A DNA stretch of 64,000 bases from Chloroflexota bacterium (GTDB lineage: Bacteria; Chloroflexota; UBA6077; JACCZL01). The notes beneath the pieces are model-generated. The model saw nothing but the letters and a program-made list of their open reading frames with translations. It was not told the origin of the DNA and ran no database searches. Below are positions 1 through 9,464 of the stretch, one piece after another. How positions within the stretch are numbered: position 1 is the first letter of the stretch; the number at the start of each line of letters is the position of its first letter. A program made the translations under genes and the position numbers. The stretch covers positions 26,522 to 90,521 of the forward strand of contig JADZEM010000023.1 of the NCBI GenBank assembly GCA_020850535.1, in the 5' to 3' direction.

Positions 1-573
1 CTGGGTGGCGCCGGGCGGCAGATTGAAGCGGAGCGTCCGTGCGCTGCCCGTCACCATCGGGTCGGCGGCGAACGTCTTGTCGCCGGGGTTGTTGACGGAG
101 CCCATCTCCATGATCGTCAGCGCCGTGGGGCTGGTGTCGATCAGCAGCAGGTTCAGCCGGTCGTAGAACAGGTTGGAGTCCATCGGGGAGGCGTCGAAGA
201 CGGTGATGGTCGTCTGAACCGCCGGCCCGTCCTGAAAGATGATCGGGCGGTCGGGGAAGTAGACCACGCCCTGATACTCGACCACCGTGAAGTAGATCAT
301 CTCGGGACCGGTCGCCAGCCCGCCCAGCTGAAACTGACCGTTGCCATCCGTCCGGACGACCTTCTCGTCGGTCTTGGCGCGGTTGGTGAGAACGTGGACA
401 GTCACTTCCAGGTCAGCGGGGACCGCGCCGCCGGCCGTGCCGTTCGCTACCGTCCCGCTGATGACGCCATCGCCCGTGGCCGGCGTCTGCGCCTGTGCGG
501 ACAGCGGCCAGATCGCCGCGCCGACCAGCAGGCTGAGCAGGAGCACCAGCCGACGCAGGCCGCCGGCGGTCAT
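1..573 (-). CDS. Secreted protein, partial (runs off window start); signal peptide followed by carboxypeptidase-regulatory-like beta-sandwich region
   Basis: Not in ORF track because no stop in window. Reverse translation from ATG at 573..571 gives MTAGGLRRLVLLLSLLVGAAIWPLSAQAQTPATGDGVISGTVANG...VTVHVLTN. The ATG overlaps the upstream gene stop (ATGA). Confidence 0.5.
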   Translation of the reverse strand, partial: MTAGGLRRLVLLLSLLVGAAIWPLSAQAQTPATGDGVISGTVANGTAGGAVPADLEVTVHVLTNRAKTDEKVVRTDGNGQFQLGGLATGPEMIYFTVVEYQGVVYFPDRPIIFQDGPAVQTTITVFDASPMDSNLFYDRLNLLLIDTSPTALTIMEMGSVNNPGDKTFAADPMVTGSARTLRFNLPPGATQ

Positions 574-932
574 GATGCGCCGTCCCGGGTGACGCTGGAG
601 GATGTCGCCTTCAGCGCTTCACGCATCGAGCTGATCTCACGCTCGATCTGTTCCTCGGCGGTGTGGTTCTCGGCGTCCTCGACCACGATCAGGGCAGCTG
701 CCCGCGCCAGCAGCCCGTCGGCCTGCTCGCGGAAGTCGTCGGCGCTGACCTTGCCGATGCGGTGATCCAGCTCCAACTCGACCAGTTCGCGGTAGATCGA
801 GGCGCGCTGCCGGGCCGGATCAGGCGCGAGCGCCGACGTGACAGCATGGCCGGACTGTCGACGCAGGAGCGGCCACCCGACGAACGCCAGCACCAGGACG
901 ACCAGTACGGACCCAGCGAGGTACTCGATCAC
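570..932 (-). CDS. Small membrane-anchored protein associated with the cytochrome c maturation operon (possible CcmI-like N-terminal module)
   Basis: Probable GTG start at 932 immediately after ccmH stop. One TM helix (VLVVLVLAFVGWPLL) then a helical segment (IYRELVELELDHRIGKVSADDFREQADGLL). Confidence 0.4.
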   Translation of the reverse strand: MIEYLAGSVLVVLVLAFVGWPLLRRQSGHAVTSALAPDPARQRASIYRELVELELDHRIGKVSADDFREQADGLLARAAALIVVEDAENHTAEEQIEREISSMREALKATSSSVTRDGAS

Positions 933-933
933 C

Positions 934-1461
934 TCAGGCCCTCCGCTTGAACTGTTCCAGCTCGGCGCGGGCGCGGTCAGACGCGGAGACCTGTGCTGCT
1001 GCCCCGCCGCCGTGCGCCGTGCCGTTCTGGACCGGCCGGGCAACCGGTCCGGTGGCGACCAGCAAGGCCGCCGTGCGCCGCCGGCGCAGCCAGCCCTGGC
1101 TGACCCGCGCGAGCAAGGCAGCGCTTGCCAGGAGCACGACGATCGGTACTGACCAGACGATCAGGCCGAAGCCGCGCCGAGGCGGCTCCATCAGCACCAT
1201 GTCGCCGTAGCGCTCGACGAAGTAGCCGATGATCTCCTGCTCGGATTCGCCAGCCTGAAGCTTGGCGCGGATAACCGACCGCATCTGCCCGGCCAGGTCG
1301 GACGGCGAGTCCGAGACCGGCGAGCCGTTGCAGACCGGGCACTGCAACTGCTTCCCGATGCGGCGGGTGTCGTCGTCGATCTGGTCGGCCGCCACCACGC
1401 TGACGGTGGCGGTCACGACCAGCAGGGCCAGCAGCGCAGCCGAGAGAAGTTGGCGCCTCAT
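934..1461 (-). CDS. ccmH: Cytochrome c-type biogenesis protein CcmH/NrfF family
   Basis: Signal/TM peptide then the LQCPVCNGSPVSDSPSDLAGQMRSVIRAKLQAGESEQEIIGYFVERYGDMVLMEPP motif (LRCxxC thiol motif typical of CcmH). Confidence 0.85.
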   Translation of the reverse strand: MRRQLLSAALLALLVVTATVSVVAADQIDDDTRRIGKQLQCPVCNGSPVSDSPSDLAGQMRSVIRAKLQAGESEQEIIGYFVERYGDMVLMEPPRRGFGLIVWSVPIVVLLASAALLARVSQGWLRRRRTAALLVATGPVARPVQNGTAHGGGAAAQVSASDRARAELEQFKRRA

Positions 1462-1479
1462 GTCCTGGACCCGCCTCTC

Positions 1480-3474
1480 TCAGGCTCGCCCAACGGCGAG
1501 GCCACGTCCTGGCACGTTTGCCGTGACCACGCGCGGCGTTGCCTGCGGCCAGCCAGCCACGAGCGTCCCGGCGACCGCGACGATGCCGCCCAGCCAGATC
1601 CAGATGACCATCGGGTTGACGAACACCATGAAGCTCGCCGTCGTGTCCGTCTCCCAGCCGGCCAGCACCACGTAGAGATCGTCCACCGCCGTGGTGCGGA
1701 TGCCGACGCTGGTGGATGGCTGGCGCTCGAAGCCTCGGAAAAAGCGCTTGTCGGTGACGATTGCGCCGGCAAGCTGCCCGGAGTCCTCGACTGCCATCTG
1801 CGCCTCGATGATCCGCACGCCCGGTTCCTGACGCTCGCGCATGCCGTTGTAGGTCAGCCGGTACTCGCCGATGGACATCGCCTCGCCGGGCTTGAGGCGG
1901 GCCATCGCCTCAAGTTGATACATCGACGAGGCCGTGACGGCCACCGCGATCATCACCACGCCCAGGTGAACGACGTAGCCGCCGTAGCGACGGTTGTTCC
2001 GCGTGATCAGGTTCCCGAGCGCCGTCAGGTGGCCCTCGCCCGTGGCTTGTCGCCGCGCAAGCGTTCCGCGCACGACCTCGGAGACGATGGTGCCCGTGAC
2101 GAACCCGCACGCCGCGAAGGCGCACAGCGCCTTCGGCTGATCGAACCCCTTCCAGATCCCGACCACCAGCCCGACCAGCACGCCGAACGCCACGGACGGC
2201 CCGAACAGCCGCACCAGTGACGCCTGATTGCCCTTGCGCCACGGCATCAAGGGGCCGATGCCCATCAGCACCAGCAGCCCGATCATGATCGGGCCGGCCA
2301 CCTGATTGAAGAACGGAGGACCGACGGTGATCTTGACGCCCTGCACAGCCTCGGAGACGAGCGGGAAGATGGTGCCCCAGAAGATCGCGAAGACCAGCCC
2401 CAGGAAGAGCAAGTTGTTCAGCAGGAAGCTCGCCTCGCGCGAGAGCATCGAGTCCAACTGGTTGTCAGACCGCAGTTGCGGGAGTCGGTAGAACAGCAGC
2501 CCGAGCGTGCTGGCGATGACGAGCACCAGGAAGCTCAGGAAGTACGGACCGATGGCCGACTGGGCAAACGAGTGGACCGAGGTGATCACGCCGCTCCGCA
2601 CGACAAACGTGCCGAAGATGGCGAGGTAGAACGTCACCAGCACCAGGGCCATGTTCCAGACCTTGAGCATGCCCCGCCGCTCCTGGATCATGACCGAGTG
2701 GATGAAGGCGGTGCCGATCAGCCAGGGCATGATCGCCGAGTTCTCGACGGGATCCCAGCCCCAGTAGCCACCCCAGCCCAGCACCCGGTAGGCCCACCAG
2801 CCGCCGAGCATGTTGCCGATGCCCAGCACGGCCCACGCGACCAGCGCGTAGCGGCGCGTCGTCTGAATCCACCAGGAGTCAAGCCGACCAGTCGCCAGGG
2901 CCGCCACCGCAAAGGCGAACGGCACGGTCCAGCTCATGTAGCCGGCCAGGAGCATCGGCGGGTGGTACAGCATGCCCAGGTCGTAGAGCAGCGGATTGAG
3001 GCCAGCCCCGTTCGGCGGCGTCACCGGCATCTTCTCGAACGGGTTCGCGACAAATCCGAGGATCAGGCCGAAGTAGGCCGCGACGACCATCAGCGTCATG
3101 TGGACGAAGGCCATGAACGCACGGTCGGTACGGCGGTGTTGCCATGCCACGACCGCGCTGAAGATCGAGAGCGTCGTGCCCCAGTACAGGAGCGAGCCGG
3201 CCTGCCCGCCGTAGAACGCAGCGGCGACCAGCGACAACGGCATCTCGCGGCTCGAATGCTCGGCGACGTAGCGGATCGAGAAGTCGTTGGTCAGGAAGGC
3301 CGTCAGCAGCGTGGCGCTGGCGACGATCATCAGGACGGCGACGCCGTACACCGCATGCTGGGCGCTCGCGCCCAGCTCCGGCATCTTGAGCCTGACGCTG
3401 AGGGGTGCGACCACGGCAGCGTACAGCGCCACCACGAACGCCGCGACGATCGCGATGTGGCCAAAGTCAGCCAT
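1480..3474 (-). CDS. ccmF: Cytochrome c-type biogenesis protein CcmF (heme lyase subunit)
   Basis: 664 aa polytopic membrane protein with a WWD domain (GWGGYWGWDPVENSAIMPWL) and conserved His-containing loops. Size and motifs fit CcmF rather than CcsA/ResC. Confidence 0.9.
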   Translation of the reverse strand: MADFGHIAIVAAFVVALYAAVVAPLSVRLKMPELGASAQHAVYGVAVLMIVASATLLTAFLTNDFSIRYVAEHSSREMPLSLVAAAFYGGQAGSLLYWGTTLSIFSAVVAWQHRRTDRAFMAFVHMTLMVVAAYFGLILGFVANPFEKMPVTPPNGAGLNPLLYDLGMLYHPPMLLAGYMSWTVPFAFAVAALATGRLDSWWIQTTRRYALVAWAVLGIGNMLGGWWAYRVLGWGGYWGWDPVENSAIMPWLIGTAFIHSVMIQERRGMLKVWNMALVLVTFYLAIFGTFVVRSGVITSVHSFAQSAIGPYFLSFLVLVIASTLGLLFYRLPQLRSDNQLDSMLSREASFLLNNLLFLGLVFAIFWGTIFPLVSEAVQGVKITVGPPFFNQVAGPIMIGLLVLMGIGPLMPWRKGNQASLVRLFGPSVAFGVLVGLVVGIWKGFDQPKALCAFAACGFVTGTIVSEVVRGTLARRQATGEGHLTALGNLITRNNRRYGGYVVHLGVVMIAVAVTASSMYQLEAMARLKPGEAMSIGEYRLTYNGMRERQEPGVRIIEAQMAVEDSGQLAGAIVTDKRFFRGFERQPSTSVGIRTTAVDDLYVVLAGWETDTTASFMVFVNPMVIWIWLGGIVAVAGTLVAGWPQATPRVVTANVPGRGLAVGRA

Positions 3475-3477
3475 CGA

Positions 3478-3975
3478 TCAGGCTCCCGTGACGCCTTCAG
3501 ACTCGAACTTTGATGGGCACTTGGCGAGCAGCGTCGAGGCCTGGAACGTCCCATCCGGGCCGACCTTGCCCTCGACCACCACCTGGACCTCTTCGCCGAA
3601 GATGTCCGGCACCGGGCCGCCCTTGTAGTAGACCGGCATCTGGCCGCTGCCATCGTGCACCAGGAAGCGAATCGCCAGGCCGGAGTCGATCTTCTCGACC
3701 GAGCCGGGCACCACGTCTCCGGCGACGCGCACCTGCTGGGAGGCGCCGGCCGTGCCGCGCTGCAACAGCTCGCCGACCGTGATGTAGTAGACGGTCGATG
3801 TCTGGAGCGCGGTTACGATCAGGTAAGCAACAGCAATGGCGATAGCACCACCGGCCACGAGGAGCTTGAGGTGACGTCCGTGGGACGCCGGGCCGGCCGT
3901 GGGCCGCGAAAGAGAGGACTGCACGGGGAACCTCCGGGCCGCTGAGGAAGGGGGGCGCGGCCCTGATGAGGGCAT
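3478..3975 (-). CDS. ccmE: Cytochrome c-type biogenesis heme chaperone CcmE, variant with Cys at the heme-binding position
   Basis: N-terminal TM anchor then OB-fold signature (YYKGGPVPDIFGEEVQVVVEGKV...FQASTLLAKCPSKFESEG). The canonical LAKHDExY has His replaced by Cys (LAKCPSKF). Start uncertain. Confidence 0.8.
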   Translation of the reverse strand: MPSSGPRPPSSAARRFPVQSSLSRPTAGPASHGRHLKLLVAGGAIAIAVAYLIVTALQTSTVYYITVGELLQRGTAGASQQVRVAGDVVPGSVEKIDSGLAIRFLVHDGSGQMPVYYKGGPVPDIFGEEVQVVVEGKVGPDGTFQASTLLAKCPSKFESEGVTGA

Positions 3976-4045
3976 TGTACTCCTCGCCGGGCCGCCCGTG
4001 TCTCCGGTTTGGGCGCTCGGCCGGCTGTTTCATCAACCCGACACG

Positions 4046-4495
4046 TTAGGGCAGCAGCGCGCGCTCGTACAGCCATTTCAAAATGGTCGCCAGCAGCACG
4101 ATGACTGCTCCGAGTGCAGCCAGGATCTTCAGTCCGCGCACCCGCTGCGCGCCACGCGCCCGCCGGAACCGGTACCCAACCTGGAACATCACCAGGGAGA
4201 GCACGATTTTCAGACCGAGCGTCACAGTGTAGGCCGTCGTGGCCGCCCCCCGTGAGAGGCGCTCACCGGTCAGGATGCCCCCCGAGATCAGGAACACGAA
4301 GAGCGCCGCCTGGACGATCTCGCGCAGCGACGCGTCGAAGCTCGCCAGCACCTCAGGCGGCGGCTCACGGTCCCAGGCCGGCTGCACCACCAGTAGCTCG
4401 AAAATGACGGTGCCGATCCACACCACGGCGGCCATCGCGTGCAGCCAGCGCATCACGACGAGCAGCAGATCCGTCGCCTCGACGCCCGCGGGCAC
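4046..4495 (-). CDS. Integral membrane protein (about 4 TM; weak CopD-like resemblance) embedded in the ccm operon
   Basis: Hydrophobic helices (MRWLHAMAAVVWIGTVIF..., ALFVFLISGGILTG..., LKIVLSLVMFQVGY..., ILAALGAVIVLLATIL). Same strand and tight spacing with ccmE and ccdA. Confidence 0.5.
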   Translation of the reverse strand: MPAGVEATDLLLVVMRWLHAMAAVVWIGTVIFELLVVQPAWDREPPPEVLASFDASLREIVQAALFVFLISGGILTGERLSRGAATTAYTVTLGLKIVLSLVMFQVGYRFRRARGAQRVRGLKILAALGAVIVLLATILKWLYERALLP

Positions 4496-4502
4496 CGGCA
4501 GG

Positions 4503-5303
4503 CTACCGGAAGATCGGTTCGAGCAGCCGCTGGCTGGCAGCGCTCAAGTACGCGAGCAGGTAGGCCTGATTCAGCAGGAAGAGCAGCCCGATCAGGATCA
4601 GCAGGCCCCCGCTGATAGCGTTGAGAACCGGCAGCCGCCGCCGGACCCAGGCCAGCGCGTTCACCGCCCGGCTCAGCAACAGGCCGGACAGCACGAACGG
4701 GATGCCGAGACCCAGAGAGTAGACCACCAGCAGCAGCGCGCCCTCCTGCGCCGTGTCTGCCGTGCCGGCGTAGAGGAGGATCGAGGCCAGCACCGGCCCG
4801 ATGCAGGGCGTCCAGCCGAATCCGAACGCCATGCCGATCAACACCACGCCAACCGGCCCATACGACCGATCCACGAAGTGAACCCGGTAGTCCCGCGCCA
4901 GCATCGGGATGCGAATGAAGCCCATGACCAGCAGGCCCATGCCGATCATCATCGCCCCGGCCATCCGCGTGAACGTCGGGCGGGAGGTGTCGAGCAGGCC
5001 GCCGAGCAGGCCCGCCGCCGCGCCGAGCGCCACAAACACCAACGTGAAGCCGAGCACGAACAGGATGCTCGCCACCACCACCCGCTCGGTCTGCCGCCGT
5101 GAGGCCGGCTCCGTCCCGATGGCGACGCCGGACACCAGCGACAGGTAGCCCGGCACGATAGGCACGACGCACGGCGAGAAGAACGAGAGCAGGCCCGCGC
5201 CGAATGCCAGCAGCCAGCCGACCGTGGCCAGGGGCGCGTCGGTCACCGGAGCAGCGGGTCCAGGAACTGGCGGATGCGCGCCTCGTCGAGCGGGCCCTGC
5301 CAC
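4503..5303 (-). CDS. ccdA: Cytochrome c biogenesis thiol-disulfide transporter CcdA (DsbD family)
   Basis: Motifs FFSPCVVPIVPGYL and GFGWTPCIGPVL, the two conserved Cys of CcdA/DsbD-beta, within about 6 TM helices. Start may be a GTG near 5246 rather than the ATG at 5303. Confidence 0.85.
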   Translation of the reverse strand: MAGPARRGAHPPVPGPAAPVTDAPLATVGWLLAFGAGLLSFFSPCVVPIVPGYLSLVSGVAIGTEPASRRQTERVVVASILFVLGFTLVFVALGAAAGLLGGLLDTSRPTFTRMAGAMMIGMGLLVMGFIRIPMLARDYRVHFVDRSYGPVGVVLIGMAFGFGWTPCIGPVLASILLYAGTADTAQEGALLLVVYSLGLGIPFVLSGLLLSRAVNALAWVRRRLPVLNAISGGLLILIGLLFLLNQAYLLAYLSAASQRLLEPIFR

Positions 5304-5836
5304 TTGCGGACCAGCATCCCACTCCGGTCCACGAAGTACGTCTCCGGCACGCCACTCATGCCGTACTCGACGGAGATCGAACCGCTCACGTCGCGCCCAT
5401 TGGGATAGGACACGCCGAACCGCTTCAGGAAGCCGCGCGCCAGCGGGTCCGTGTCCTGCACGTTCACGCCGATGAAGACCACCCGGTCCTGGTAGGTCCG
5501 AGACGCCGCCTCAAGCGCGGCTGCTTCGTCCTCGCAGGGGATGCACCACGACGCCCAGAAGTTGATCAGCACCGGCTTGCCACGCTGCGCCCCGAGGCTG
5601 AAGTCGCCGCCCTCAAACAGGGGCAGGCTGAACGTCGGGGCCGGCCGGGTCGTCACGGGAACCGCCCCCGTCGTGCCCTGGGCGCGCTTCCCGATGCCCC
5701 AGACCATCAGGCCGATCAGGGATACGATCGCGACGCCGACGACCAGCGCGATGATCCGCGCCGAACCGGCTCCGACCTCAGGCGCGGGCTGCGCGGCATC
5801 AGTCAGCGGGTCGGTACGCGTCGATGGTGCGGTCAC
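5243..5836 (-). CDS. resA: Thiol-disulfide oxidoreductase ResA/TlpA/CcmG family (membrane-anchored thioredoxin)
   Basis: N-terminal TM anchor then a thioredoxin fold with the WCIPC active site (LINFWASWCIPCEDE) and SGVPETYFVD. Confidence 0.85.
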   Translation of the reverse strand: MTAPSTRTDPLTDAAQPAPEVGAGSARIIALVVGVAIVSLIGLMVWGIGKRAQGTTGAVPVTTRPAPTFSLPLFEGGDFSLGAQRGKPVLINFWASWCIPCEDEAAALEAASRTYQDRVVFIGVNVQDTDPLARGFLKRFGVSYPNGRDVSGSISVEYGMSGVPETYFVDRSGMLVRKWQGPLDEARIRQFLDPLLR

Positions 5837-5929
5837 GGGGCGTTCCTACGCGGCACGGTGTCGCCGCACGGGTGATGCGGCGCACGTCGAACGATACCAC
5901 GCGCGCGGGCCAGCCCGGCAGGGTGTGCG

Positions 5930-6818
5930 TCAGGCGATCATGCCCTGCCGAACGGCCATCACGGCCGCCTGGGTGCGGTCGCTCACGCCCAGCTTCTGGA
6001 TGATGTGCACGACGTGATTCTTCACCGTGTCTGGGCTCAGGCAGAGGCGGCTGGCGATCTCCTTGTTGGTCAGCCCCTCCACGATCAGCCCCAGCACCTC
6101 AAGCTCGCGCGCCGAGAGCCGCTCGGCCGGGTCGTCGGGCATGGCCTCGGGCGTCGAGCGCAACGTCCGCGAGTACGCCTCGACGGTGCTCCGCAGCACG
6201 TCGTTCACGGGCGCCTGGCGCCCCGGCATCGGGGACGCCTGCCGCTGTTCGGACTGGAGGCGCAGGAACCGATCCACGAACAGTTCGAGGCGGCGCTCCT
6301 TCAGCGCAAGATCCTGGTACAGCCGCCCGACCTCGATCATGATGGCCGCCTGGTTCGCCAGGATGCCGAGCAGGCTGACGCGCTCGGCGGGGAGGTCGTC
6401 GCGGTGGACGCTAGTGCTCAGGTTCAGCACGCCCAGCAGACGGGTGGCCACGCGCAACGGCATCACGAGGCCCCAGCCGAGATCACGCGGGTGATCGGAC
6501 TTGACGCCACCCTCGCGCCCGGCCACGCCACGCACCACCATGTGGCTGTTCGACTGGAGCGCCTGCCCCGCGATGCTGGCGCTGGCCGCTTGCCGAGTGC
6601 CGAGGATGATCTGGGCGCGCGGACCGACGGCCGCCGTGACCACCAGCTCGCGACCGTCCTCTGAGAGCAGCATCACCGAGCCACTGTCGCCCCCCGCGAG
6701 GCGCATGCCGGACTCAATGACACTGTCGAGCACAGCTTCGAGACGCAGCGTGGCCGCAAATGTCTCGCCGATCTCCAGTATCGCATTCAAGATCGGCTGT
6801 ACTGAATCTGTTGCGACC
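5930..6818 (-). CDS. GAF-domain sensor fused to LuxR-type HTH transcriptional regulator
   Basis: C-terminal LSARELEVLGLIVEGLTNKEIASRLCLSPDTVKNHVVHIIQKLGV (LuxR/FixJ HTH) and an N-terminal GAF-like region. ATG at 6818 (MVATDSV) preferred over the upstream 6949 start. Confidence 0.75.
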
Positions 6819-7151
6819 ATTGCCCCGGGTCCTCCCGACGTCAGCCTGCCATGGGATCTTCCGGCTGCCGTGGCGTACCGCCCACTGCCCCGAATCCCTG
6901 CGCGGCGGTCCAAGCTCGACCGCTCTTGTGGTGCCTGTGAATCGACCATACCTGTGCCTGCTGCCTCACTATAACGGTGGTTATGCCCATCAGGTGCACG
7001 TATCGGGAGGTCAACGTGCAGATTAGGCCAATCGGCCGACGCGCAACTCCTGTTACAGTTGAGTCGTCCCGAATGGCATGGTGTCGTAGCCCTGTGGAAC
7101 TACAGTGTTTCGCGCAGCACGATTCCGTTCGTTGACTGCCACATTTGATGC

Positions 7152-8261
7152 ATGTTCGAGAGCAACGTGAGCGCAAACCGTGCTAGACCGCGCAGACAGA
7201 AGGCCGGCAAGGGTGGTACCGCCGCGGGCAAGTCGGCAGCGCTGAGTCAATCTCCGCGCGAGCGCCGCACTGGCCATGCCCCGCGACAACTCGTCGCCGT
7301 CACGGCCTGCGCGCTGATCCTGGCACTCGGCATTCTCGGCTGGGACTTGTCCGAGCCGTGGCGCAACGCCCCGCCGAGCGCCACCGGCCAGATCGCCATG
7401 CCGATGTCGGGCGGGGTGAGCCTGATCGACCCGGCGAACGGCCGGGCCACGGAGCTGATCGCGCCGCGTCAGAATGCGAGCGTCACCGCCGTGGCCTGGA
7501 GTCCGGATCGCCAGACGCTGGCGTACACACTGTTTCATCGGCGGCCCGAGGACCGTGTGAGCAGCGCGGAGCTGTTCACGATCTCGGCCAAGGGCGGCGA
7601 TCCGAAGCTGATCGTGCCGCGCCCGCAGCCGGGCACGGTCATCGACGCGCCAGCCTGGGCGCCTGACGGCCAGAGCATCTACTTCGCGTTTCAGGGCGTC
7701 GAGAACGGCCGGCCGGTCGCCCGCATCGAGCGGGTCGAGCTGGCGTCTGGAAACCGGCAGCAGCTCTTCGCCGACGCGTCGTACCCCTCGATCTCCGCTG
7801 ACGGCAAGCTGGTGGCGTACATGTATGACGACGGGACCGGCCAGTCCTTACGGGTCGGTCCGGCCACGGGCGGCGAGGGGCGCGAGCTGGTCAAGGCGAC
7901 GGCGTTCAAGGGGCTGATGGGTCCGCGCTTCTCGCCGGACGGCAGCTGGATCGCCTTCGTGGCGGTGGGTCCAGGGCCGGCCGGCCTGGCTCCGACGCCC
8001 CGGGGCCTCCTGGCCCGGCTGTTCGACGCGCCGGTTGCCTACGCCCACGGCGATCCGTGGAACATCTGGCGGGTGCGGCCGGACGGCTCCGACTTGCAGC
8101 GGGCGACGCAGCTTCAGGAGGACGAGCCACTGGTGGCGTGGTCCCGCGATGGCGCGTGGCTGGCGATACACGGCGCTGGCGGTCTGTGGATCGTGGATGC
8201 GCGCGGGACCAGCGAGCCACGGCGCATCGCAGACGGGACCATCGGCGCAATCGACTGGTAG
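7152..8261 (+). CDS. TolB-like / WD40-like (PD40) beta-propeller repeat protein
   Basis: N-terminal TM segment then repeated PD40-like blades (AWSPDRQTLAY, APAWAPDGQSIYF, YPSISADGKLVAY, GPRFSPDGSWIAF, LVAWSRDGAWLA). Confidence 0.7.
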   Translation: MFESNVSANRARPRRQKAGKGGTAAGKSAALSQSPRERRTGHAPRQLVAVTACALILALGILGWDLSEPWRNAPPSATGQIAMPMSGGVSLIDPANGRATELIAPRQNASVTAVAWSPDRQTLAYTLFHRRPEDRVSSAELFTISAKGGDPKLIVPRPQPGTVIDAPAWAPDGQSIYFAFQGVENGRPVARIERVELASGNRQQLFADASYPSISADGKLVAYMYDDGTGQSLRVGPATGGEGRELVKATAFKGLMGPRFSPDGSWIAFVAVGPGPAGLAPTPRGLLARLFDAPVAYAHGDPWNIWRVRPDGSDLQRATQLQEDEPLVAWSRDGAWLAIHGAGGLWIVDARGTSEPRRIADGTIGAIDW

Positions 8262-8419
8262 CGTGCCCTGGGCCGAATCGCGGGGCGTGCTCGCTGGAAC
8301 ACTCCAGGCGGCAGGTGTGTCCTGACGGGCACACTCCGGGCGTCAAACGAGCCGTTTCGTCCGGTCGCTCGTATCCCAGTAGTGAACCCTTCGGCTCGAA
8401 GACACGCTCGGGGGCATGG

Positions 8420-9346
8420 ATGCGTAGAACGCTTCTGGCGGCGATGACGGCGCTGACGCTGGCGCTCGCGGTGACCACGGCAACGGCGCAGGGTGTCTGG
8501 ACGACTGGCCCGGAGATGCCGTCGCCGCGCTCGGAGGTCGGTGCAGCGGCCATCGACAGCACGATCCTGGTTATTGGCGGCGGCGTCGGTCAAAGCCAGT
8601 CCGCCAACGAGATCCTGGATCTCTCGGCCGGGCAGTGGCGCAAGGGGGCGCCGATGCCGCGCGGCCTCAACCACATGGGCACGGTCTCAGTCAACGGCAA
8701 GCTGTACGCGTTCGGCGGGGCCGACGAGAACGGCCGCCCGACAAACGCCGCCCTGGAGTACGACCCGGCCGTGAACAGTTGGCGGACGCTGGCGGCCCTG
8801 CCGACGCCCCGCAGCTCGCCGGGCGCAGCCGTCCTGAACGGCCAGATCTACGTGGCCGGCGGCATCGCCGCGCGGAACACGCCCGTCGTCGAGATCTACG
8901 ACCCAGCCACGGACGCCTGGACGGCCGGCCCGCCGCTGGCGGTCGCCCGCGACCACTTCGTGCTGGCGCAGGCTGGCGGCAGGCTCTTCGCGATCGGCGG
9001 GCGGATCGGGAACTTCTCGCGGAATGTGGACACGGTTGAGATCCTCGATCCGGCAGGTGGGGCCTGGACCTTCGGTGCGCCGCTGCCCGAGCCCCGCAGC
9101 GGTATCGCTGGCGCAGTCGAGGGTGAGCGGGTGTACGTCTTCGGCGGGGAAGATCCCGGCCAGACGCACGCCGAGGTGTTCGTCTACGATCCGGCTGCCG
9201 ACGTCTGGGCGCAGGCCACGCCGATGCCGACGCCGCGCCACGGTCTGGCAGCCGTCGCCGTGAACGGATCTATCCACGTTCTCGGCGGCGGCCTGTCGCC
9301 GGGCGGCGGCTCGGATACGGCCGTCTACGAGATCCTGACGCCATAG
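8420..9346 (+). CDS. Secreted Kelch-repeat (galactose-oxidase-like beta-propeller) protein
   Basis: Signal peptide MRRTLLAAMTALTLALAVTTATAQG then about 6 Kelch repeats (GKLYAFGG, GQIYVAGG, GRLFAIGG, ERVYVFGG, GSIHVLGG). ATG at 8420 is in frame within the longer track ORF. Confidence 0.75.
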   Translation: MRRTLLAAMTALTLALAVTTATAQGVWTTGPEMPSPRSEVGAAAIDSTILVIGGGVGQSQSANEILDLSAGQWRKGAPMPRGLNHMGTVSVNGKLYAFGGADENGRPTNAALEYDPAVNSWRTLAALPTPRSSPGAAVLNGQIYVAGGIAARNTPVVEIYDPATDAWTAGPPLAVARDHFVLAQAGGRLFAIGGRIGNFSRNVDTVEILDPAGGAWTFGAPLPEPRSGIAGAVEGERVYVFGGEDPGQTHAEVFVYDPAADVWAQATPMPTPRHGLAAVAVNGSIHVLGGGLSPGGGSDTAVYEILTP

Positions 9347-9464
9347 TCTGGCCCGGCCGTCCCCGCCGGCTCGCCACGCATGCTACCCTTCGCGCCGGTG
9401 CGCTTGCGCCCGACCACACGATCCGACCATGACAGCGCCCCGGCCCAGTCTCTGAGCCGGACCT

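Noticed and set aside
1450-3513. Long plus-strand ORFs (1450..2220, 2476..3513) overlapping ccmF
   Set aside because: Antisense to a gene with clear CcmF motifs. Translations are Arg/His/Asp/Pro-rich low-complexity strings typical of antisense frames in high-GC DNA.
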